From Patescibacteria group bacterium (GTDB taxonomy: Bacteria > Patescibacteriota > Saccharimonadia > Saccharimonadales > JAZKJC01), in assembly GCA_040384565.1 (NCBI GenBank), contig JAZKJC010000003.1, forward strand, positions 87,195 to 151,194: 64,000 nucleotides of DNA. The letters are read 5' to 3'. The notes beneath the pieces are model-generated. The model ran no database searches. It had not been told where the DNA came from and saw only the letters and a list, made by a program, of their open reading frames with translations. This document shows positions 55,901 to 64,000 of this stretch, one piece after another. Position 1 is the stretch's first letter, and the number at the start of each line of letters is the position of its first letter. The translations under genes were made by a program, and so were the position numbers.

Positions 55901-58900
55901 CCGTCTAAGGTCAGGTTGGTAACAAAGCTGCCGTTAGTGTTGCTCAGGTCAATAGTCACATCGGCTGCGCCGAGGTCAGCGGCGGCAGATTGCAGATTGC
56001 TAGCCCGCAAATTACCTGCGACTTCCGCGGTAGCCAGGTCGATAGCACTACCAAGCTTCGTCACGTTGGCACTTAAAGCACCGTCCGCTACTGAACCGCT
56101 GGCTGAAACGCTGAGCGCGTCAGTTACCTCACTATCAGCCCAGGCGAAGCCCAGAGTACCACTATTGGTAAGTTCATCTTTGGTGATTGTCGCACCAAGC
56201 TTGGTGACGTTTGCGCTAAGGGCGCCATCCGCAACCGTACTGCTCGCCCCTACAGTAAGCGTATCTGGTATATCGGCGTCTGTGAGCGCAGCACAGGTCA
56301 GGTCTCCATTAGCAGCAATTGCGTTGGCGAACTGGTTGGCGGCACAATCGGCTGGGTTAGCGGCAAGCGCAGTTGCTGTCGTGGCATTACCCGAGAATGA
56401 CCCTGAGAATGAAGCGGCTGTAACCACGCCATCAATGATGAGATTCGTGACAAAACTGCCATTGGTATTGCTTAAGTTGATAGTCACGTTCGCAGCCCCC
56501 AGATCAGCGCCAGCATTCTGCAAATTCGTAGCCCTAAGGTTACCGGTCACTTCACTCGTCCCCACATCTATGCTGGTTCCTAGCTTAGTAACATTGCTAC
56601 TGAGCGCGGCATCATTCACCGAGCCGGAAGCACCGATAGTGATCGTATCGGATATTTCGCTATCGGACCAAGTAAAGCCTAAAGTGCCGCCACTTGATAA
56701 TTCATCCTTGCTGATACTTGAGCCAAGAAGACTAACGTTGGCGCTTAACGCCCCGTCCGCCACCGAACCGCTAGCTGAAATAGTGATACCGTCCGGTACA
56801 TCCGCATCGGTAAGTGCCGCGCAAGTGAGATTCCCGTTAGCTACGATGGCAGTAGCGAATTGGTTTACCGCGCAGTCGGTAGGATTTGCGGCAAGCGCGC
56901 TGGCGGTCGTGGCATTACCCGATAAAGCACCGCTGAAAGTGTTAGCCGTAATGGTACCATCAAGTGTTAAGTTCGTAACAAACGAGCCGTTGGAATTACT
57001 GAGGTCAACGGTAATATTCGCCGCTCCAAGGTCAGCGGCGACAGATTGCAGATTGGTAGCCAGGAGATTGCCGGAGACTTCAGCTGTTGCCAAATCAACC
57101 GCAGTTGTAGTGCTGCCGGAGCCAACGAACAGGCTAGCAGTTAGGGTGTCACTGACATCGGCGTCGGTAATGCTGGCGCAGGTTAGGTTCCCGTTGGCGG
57201 CAATTGCATTGGCATACTGGTTAGCACTACAGTCAGTTGGGTTAGCGGCTAAGGCGGTGGCAGTAGCGGCAAGGTCAATAGTAATGGAGTTTGGTATGTC
57301 AGCGTCAGTGATGGCGGCACAAGTCAGGTTGCCGTTGGCGGCAATGACGTTGGCAAACTGATTGGCGGCACAATCTGTGGGGTTGGCAGCTAGGGCGCTG
57401 GCCGTTGAGGCGTTGCCGGTTAAGGCACCGCTGAGGGTAGTGGCGGTAATGGTACCATCTAAGGTTAAGTTAGTTACGAATGAGCCATTAGTGTTGGTGA
57501 AGTCTATGTTAACATTGGCGGCACCCAGGTCAGCTGGGCCACTTTGCAAGTTAGTGGCCCGAAGGTTGCCTGCCACTTCAGCCGTGGCCAGGTCAACGGC
57601 GCCAGTGGTGCTGCCACTACCGACAAGGTTAGTAGCGGTGGTAGCTAGGGTGGCTAGATCGATGGTGATGTTGTTAGGGACGTCAGCGTCAGTGATGGCC
57701 ACGCAGGTCAGGTTGCCACTAGCGGCTATGGCATTGGCGAACTGGTTGGCACTACAGTCCGTGGGGTTGGCAGCTAGGGCTGTGGCAGTCGTCGCGTTGC
57801 CGGTTAAGGCACCAATGAAGGTGGCGGCTGTGATGCTGCCATCTAGAGTCAGGTTAGTAACGAAGGCTCCGTTAGTGTTGCTAAGGTCTACGGTAACGTC
57901 AGCGGCACCTAGGTCTGAGCCGGCATTTTGCAAGTTAATGGCCCGGAGGTTGCCGGCTACTTCCGCCGTGGCCAGGTCAATGGCGGTAGTCGTGCTACCT
58001 GAGCCGACGAACAGGCTGGCGGTCAGGGTGTCAGAGACATTGGCATCATTTATAGCCGTACCATTCCATACACCGACGGTGATAGTACCACCAGACACAC
58101 TAAGGCCGTTAACTGCGCTTGAACTTAGGGAACCGCCAGATATAGTTGCAGTGTTAATGGTGCCGGTAGTAATCAGCGTACCTGCCACGCTTGCGCCACT
58201 GGCGGTAACATCAAAGTATGAGGAAGTACCGCCGCTGTTCTGGACGGCAAATAGTGAAGTACCGAGCGGTGTAGAATTATCCCGTATAAGTAAGCTGCCG
58301 TCAGCACCATTCAGATTGACGATGACATTACTGCCGTCGACATCGTTATCGTATACGTTTTGGAGAGTCGGCGCTGAACCAGTGCCGTTATCGGCGGCAC
58401 AAGCCCATTGGTTAGACCCATTATATTTCATTATTTCGCCGGCGGTACAATCGATCAGCGACAGGCCATTTACATCAACCTCTAGGCCCTTATTAGCTTG
58501 CAGGCTGAGCGTAATGCTGTCAGCGACTACAGAGATACCATTGCCCGCCCCTACTGCCAAACTGGCGGCTATGCCCTCGCCGCTGGCATCCCCTGTCAGA
58601 CCGTTGCCGGCAGTTATACTCTGGATATAATTTCCGGTAGTGTCAGTCCCTAGAACAACACTGTCTACGCCGACATTAAGACCGCCGCTGAAAGAGCCGG
58701 TTATGTCACCCGCTGCTGGTGATTCTCCGACGTTTACGTAAATACTGTCTAGTGTTGTAAAGTAGTTCGCATTAGTCAGAACCGTGCCAGTCGCACCACT
58801 AAATGTATAGGTTGCCGGCGCCCCGGGAGTAGCAAACGTAAGTGTTACATCATTGGTGCCTTTTTCTAGCTTAACGTCACCATTCTCAAGAATACGTATA

Positions 58901-61900
58901 ACTTCGCTGCCAGCGGTATTAAAGATTATGTCGTCTGCTCCGGCAGTCGCAGTTGTCCCTATAGTAATAGCGCCGGCGTTTTGCAGCGTTGGTGTCGTAA
59001 CCGAGCCAGTAAAGCTTGGGGAGTTAGTAATAGAAATACTGCCGCAGTTTGTACCAGTTGTACCTATCGTGACCGTCGCGCCACCACCGCTTAAGTTGCC
59101 GGTTCCACTGGCACAAGTAAATGTATTTGCGCCAGCGGCCGCATTGTTGGCACTGGAGCCATAAAGTACGCTCAAGGTTGGAACTGAACCTTCACCGCTG
59201 TTTCCAGTGGTTGAGAGACCGGTGAGGGTACCTAGATTGGCTACGTAGTCGCCGGTGGTGTCAGTTGTTAACGCAACACTGTTAGCCCCGACATTAAGGC
59301 CAGCACTAAAGCTGCCGGTGATGTCTCCGGCTGCTGGAGACTCACCGACATTGACGTAGATGCTGTCGGTGGTAGCGGTGTAGTTGCCCGTAGTCAGGAT
59401 GGTGCCTGTGGCACCTGATAGGGTGTAAGTGGCTGGGGCACCGGAAGGCGTACTTACCGCCAAGGTTACATCGTTTGTGCCCTTTTCGAAGAGTAGGTTA
59501 CCACTTTCCAGGATGCGAACCTTTTCCGTTCCAGCGGTTTCAAAGATGATGTCATCACTACCAGCGGTGGCCGTGGTGCTGATTATCATAAAGCCAGTGT
59601 TCTGCAGTAGCGGAGTTGTGACGCTGGTACTGAAGGCTACGGCATTATTAGTCGTTAGGTTATTACAGCTGCCGCCTGTACCCAGGGTGATGGTGTTACC
59701 ACCACCGCTTAAGTTGCCCGTGCCACTGGCGCAGGTGATAGTGGTGTTACCTTGGACGGCAGTATTGGCAGCGGAACCGTAGGCTACGGCCAGGCTGGTT
59801 GAGCTGCCTAATGCAACACTGCCACCACCGGACAAGCCGTTTCCGGCACTGACAGTTATAGATGAATTCTGAAGAGCGCCGTTAGCAAGCGTTGTTGTCC
59901 CGGCAGCCGTTAGTCGACCCTGGGCGTCGACTGTAAAGGTGGGAACAGCCGTAGTTGATCCATAAGAATTGGCCGTAACTGAGGTATCAGCCAGGTTAAG
60001 CGTCGCACTGCCACCCAGGCTAATGGCTCCGCCGCCAGACAAACCAGTACCAGCGCTAACTGTCACTGCGCTGTTTACTAAGTCCCCATTTGTCACCGTG
60101 CCATTTACTATCTTGCTGCCGTTAACACTATCAGCTTCCAGCTCACCTAAACCAATAGTTTGGCCTAGCAAAGTGACATTGGCGCTGAGGCGCAGGTCAT
60201 TTAATGTCCCACTGCTTACGTTACCGGCATTAAGGCCAGTCAGGGCGCTACCATCACCGCTGAAGGCTCCGCCAATGATTGTGCCCGTCACATTAATATG
60301 GCCAGCCTGGGGAGTACCAGGAGTAGCAGGCTGCAGTGAAACGCAGCCGGAACAGCTATTAAGGCCTGTGATCGCTACATTGGCCGCGCCAGTAATCCGA
60401 CCTTGCTGGTCCACGGTAAATTGGCCAACTTGCGTAGCTGAGCCATAGTTTCCTGCCGTAACAGCGGTATCTGCCAGATTCAATGTCGCGCTGCCACCCA
60501 GGCTAATGGCTCCGCCGCCGGACAAACCGGTACCACCGCTAACAGTCAGTGAACTGTTCTGCAATTTAGCGTTGGTAACATTGCCATCGGCAATCTTAAC
60601 AGTCGTAACAGCGTTATTGGCTATTGTGCCCATACCACTGGCATTAACCGTCAAATCACCACCCAATGCCTGCGTGACCCAGCTTGTACCATTACCAATC
60701 AGTAAATTACCGCTGGTAGGCGTGGTGGTGCCAAGTGAGCTGCCATTAATTTTACTGACAGTTGGGTTAGGATAGCTACCGCTCAAGTCGCCACCTGCTG
60801 TTCCACCCGGAGCAACGCCACTAATAACGGTATTTGTTACGTTTGTTATCCTGCCCTTGGCATCCACGGTGAATACCGGCACTTCCGTGCTGCTGCCATA
60901 AGTGTTAGCAGAGACACCTGAGTTTGCCAACGTCAATAAGCCGGAAGCAGCTAACAACGCGTCACCAGAGAGGCTTACAAAGCCCGGTACGCCACTACCA
61001 TTCGCAACCAGCAGTTGCCCAGTTGTACCAGCGGTCGTTGCCTGGACAGCTCCGGTACCATTGCCATACAACACACCATTACTGGCAAGAGTTGACACGC
61101 CTATACCACCGTACTGTACGCCAATAGTGGAGCCTTGCCAGACGCCACTGGTAAGCGTCCCGACACTGGTAATGTCAGTAAGGTTACCAGTGGTAATAAG
61201 CATGCCGTTAACATTAGGCACCGTAAGTGTACGCGTAGTCCCAACATCTACGCCCGCAACATTAAACATTGCTTTCTTGGTATTGTCGGTACTGTCCTGC
61301 AATGTAAAGCTATTGTTATTGAAACTCCAGTTACCACTGATAACTTCAGCATTCGTGCGCCGCGTGATACCTGAATTCGTGTAATCAAGCCCTATGTTAG
61401 CCCGTCCAGCTGGCGTCTCGGTGACAGTGAAATCATTGTTGGCGTAGTTAAGAGTATTAATAGTATTAGATATGGTTACGCCGCCCTGCTGCATGGTTAG
61501 CGCGCCGGCATTGAGGTCAGTGGCGCACTCCCACAGGCTCGTGCCACTATTCCACTTAAGTATCTGGTTACCCGCACAGCCGCCGATAAGGCGTAGGCCG
61601 TCCGTACCCAGTTCCAGTCCGGAGTTAGAATTAACAGTTCCCGTTGTGCCGGTAGTAGCAACATCCAGGGCTATAGAAGTGGCTGCATTTTCCGAACCCG
61701 AACCTGTAACCGTAAGGCCAGTTCCCCCGGTAAGGGTTGCTACGTAATTTCCCGCTGTGTCTATGCCCAGGACAACGCTGTCAGCACCTATGGCCGTGAC
61801 GCCGCTACTATTGACTGTAACATCGCCTGTCATAACCTGGCTAACCCAACTTGTACCATTGCCAACCAGCAGCGCTCCGCTACTTGCGTTTGTACTACCT

Positions 61901-64000
61901 AGCGATACTCCATTAATACGGGCTACCGTTGGATTGGGATACGATCCGCTTAAGTCACCACCCGCTATTCCACCTGGTGTTACACCGCTAATAGTCGTAT
62001 TGGTTACCACAGTAACTCGGCCTTTAGCATCTACCCCAAAGACCGGTACTTGGGTAGCGCTACCATACGTTGCCGCAACAACACCTGAATTTGCCAATGT
62101 AAAGGTTCCGGTTGAGCCTAAGGTCGCATCGCCAGATAACGTTGTAAATGTTGGTACATTGGTGGCATTAGCAAGGAGTAATTGACCACCACTTCCAGGT
62201 GTTGTAGCTTGCACAGCACTAGTTCCGTTGCCGTATAAAACGCCGTTGGCCGTTAGAGATGTAGTCCCAGTGCCGCCGTATTGGACCGCGACAGTCGAGC
62301 CCTGCCAGACCCCACTCGTCAGGGTGCCAACGGCTGTTATATCCGTCAGGTTACCTGTCGTAACAAGGGTACCGTTAGTATTCGGAGCCGTAAATACCCT
62401 TGTTGTACCCGCGGTAATACCGGAAAGTTCAAAAACTATTTTCTTAGTTGAGTCGGCATTATCCTGAAGCGTGAAGCCAGCATCAGTGAAATTCCAATTT
62501 CCACTAATAATTTCGTTGGCGCTGCGGCGCGTAATGCCAGAAGTAGCATAATTGATAGCCAGATTAACTGCCGCGTTTTCCGTGCCAGATCCGGAAACCG
62601 TAAAGTCCGAGCTGCCAGTCAGGCTGGAGACATAATTGCCTGTCGTGTCTGTCCCAAGAGCCACAGAGTTTGGCGCAACGCTTAGGCCACCAGAGAAACT
62701 TCCTGTAATATCACCCACCGCTGGGGACTGATTTTCGTTCACATATATAGAATCAAGCGTCGCCGCGTAATTGGTTGTCTGCAAAACATTATTGCCAAGC
62801 CCTATCCTGACCTGGCCACCACCCAGTGATGTAACTATAAATTCATCTGATGAGCTTACCGCGGGCCCAAATTGTATATTCGTGGCACTCATGACAACCA
62901 CGCTGCCATCTGAAGACTGTACGTTCACAGCACTACCACCGGCATCCGCATTACAGATCCAGGCACTGCCATTCCATTTTAGAATCTGGCCACTGGAACA
63001 GCCGCCTACTAGACGCAGCCCCTGGCTACTTGTCTCCAGCCCGGAGGCTGAACTTGTTGTCGTAGTGCTACCACTGGCTGCGACCCTTACTTCAACCTTG
63101 TTTGAAAGTACCTCGGTACTAACCCCTGTTTGGACACCAAGGCTTACGCTGCCGCTTGAACCGCCGCCGAACAAACCAAGCCCGGCGCTAACTTCATCTA
63201 TATCGCCGGATGGACTATTAGTATTATTGGTACTGGTATTCGAGGTTGGTGGCTGGCTGACATATGTGGTCCCTCCGCCTCCACCAGCCCCCCTAAGGGC
63301 CATAATAGTACTTACCGACAAGTTATTCAGCTGGATGGCACCGTCGCCAATCTGAGTACCCGTAATAGACTTATCTTTAATTTGCTTGCCTGTTAATGGC
63401 AATACGGCCAAGTTGCCGTCTTTATCACCCGGTTCACGGCCTTGGACAAACTGGCTGTTAAGATTAGCAACCAAACCTTGGTCAGGAATGTTTATATATG
63501 ATGAGTCAGGCACGCTAAGTACATATTTACTTTCGATATTGCCGTCTTTATCAGGTGCAAATATATCGTTGACATCTTTTATAGCGTCATTTGGTTTGAT
63601 GTTGGCAGCCAGATCTGGATTAACAATACCCGCGACACTAAGCGCGGAGTTAGTAACAGGACGTAATATCCGGGCAAATATACTTGGTGATTTGGGCTCT
63701 ATATAGTGTCTGCCTAAGTGATTAGCGGGTGTATAACCAAAAATATTCGCCATTGCGCCTGGCGCGGTCAGGAATAGGCCGGCGCAGGACACTATTAAAG
63801 CAGCTAGCAATACCGCCGAGCCAATAGTCGCACGCTGCCAGACTGGCAACCTAAGGAACCACCCAGGAGTAGGTAGTTGCACTTTGGGTACTTGCCAGTG
63901 AGGGCGAGGCGTAGAAGCCTGGTGTTGAGGGGCGTTTACGATACTTGGAGTAGAAGCTACTTCCGCTGCCGCAATAGGTATGTCTAAAGCTATAGTAGGA
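49948..64000 (-). CDS. Giant (at least 4,644 aa) membrane-anchored tail-fibre-like surface protein; the 5' end is possibly outside the window
   Basis: The ORF track starts at GTG 63882. By hand, the same frame stays open to 64000 (..[47 protein letters not shown]..). TM is [19 protein letters not shown]. Fibre motifs are [15 protein letters not shown], [19 protein letters not shown] and GLRLxGGCxxxQILKWNxxxxWxC. It also has a ~1,700-aa tandem array, a Peptidase_S74 motif, a G2-like barrel and an H-lectin-like end. Confidence 0.9.
   Translation of the reverse strand, partial: [4683 protein letters not shown]
50870..51168 (-). other. Peptidase_S74-type intramolecular chaperone / autocleavage domain inside giant gene 2
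   Basis: [11 protein letters not shown] (Ser codon 51168-51166), ..[10 protein letters not shown].., ..[17 protein letters not shown].., ..[22 protein letters not shown]. Confidence 0.8.
52950..58045 (-). repeat. Coding tandem array (~5.1 kb; units ~350-560 nt; 15 Cys-loop copies)
   Basis: The repeating module is [110 protein letters not shown]... I counted 15 ANPxDC..LTC loops in the translation. Confidence 0.85.
54616..54678 (-). repeat. 9-nt microsatellite encoding (Asn-Ala-Thr)x7 inside the array
   Basis: The plus strand has GGTTGCATT four times perfectly (54643-54678) plus three degenerate units. It translates as [28 protein letters not shown]. Paralogous units carry only (NAT)2 or (NAT)3. 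Confidence 0.85.

Noticed and set aside
52950-58045. Possible CRISPR array because of regular ~360-nt repeats
   Set aside because: The repeats are long and imperfect, have no unique spacers, and lie wholly inside one open reading frame. No cas genes are present.
52985-58630. Very long plus-strand ORFs (702, 754 and 422 aa), and similar ones at 7272-7913, 10602-11183, 14904-15677, 17295-18068 and 29830-30696
   Set aside because: They lie antisense to the giant genes (or to nrdJ). They translate to low-complexity Ala/Val/Pro/Leu strings mirroring the sense Gly/Thr/Ala/Asn codons, and they have no start context or motifs. They are shadow ORFs produced by repeat codon composition.

Overview
Most genes in this 64-kb window are on the minus strand. 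It looks like a small-genome, Gram-positive-like bacterium using the standard code. The gene style (585-aa IF-2, NrdR plus class II RNR, T-box ileS, many small orphan membrane proteins, giant envelope proteins) fits a Candidate Phyla Radiation / Saccharibacteria-like genome, but this is inference only. About 48% of the window (1-2717, 4601-18760, 49948-64000, all minus strand) encodes three related giant envelope proteins. One is complete at 4,719 aa, one is at least 4,644 aa with its frame still open at 64000, and one is cut by the left edge. Each has an N-terminal signal or TM anchor. The rest is built from phage tail-fibre or tailspike parts: GGTG fibre motifs, Cys-pair LKYNG..W.C motifs, glycine-rich blocks, a beta-helix, a Peptidase_S74-type intramolecular chaperone, Peptidase_G2-like barrels and H-type-lectin-like ends. 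This is my main candidate for an undescribed system, a cell-anchored tail-fibre apparatus with small membrane partner genes. The middle of the window is housekeeping: rplU, ileS with a T-box leader, an asparaginase-family gene, nrdJ, nrdR, ftsZ, ftsA, map, adk, yqeY, rpsU, priA, def, fmt, infB, an S1-domain protein and a ROK kinase. Accessory content includes two adjacent type II TA pairs (MazEF-like, VapBC-like), an IS200-type tnpA plus a RAYT-like Y1 transposase bracketed by inverted REP-like palindromes, several dispersed intergenic hairpin families, and a 7-nt-periodic mini-element inserted in frame in both ileS and fmt. I found no rRNA, tRNA or CRISPR array. All calls come from reading the sequence and ORF track by eye; no searches were run.
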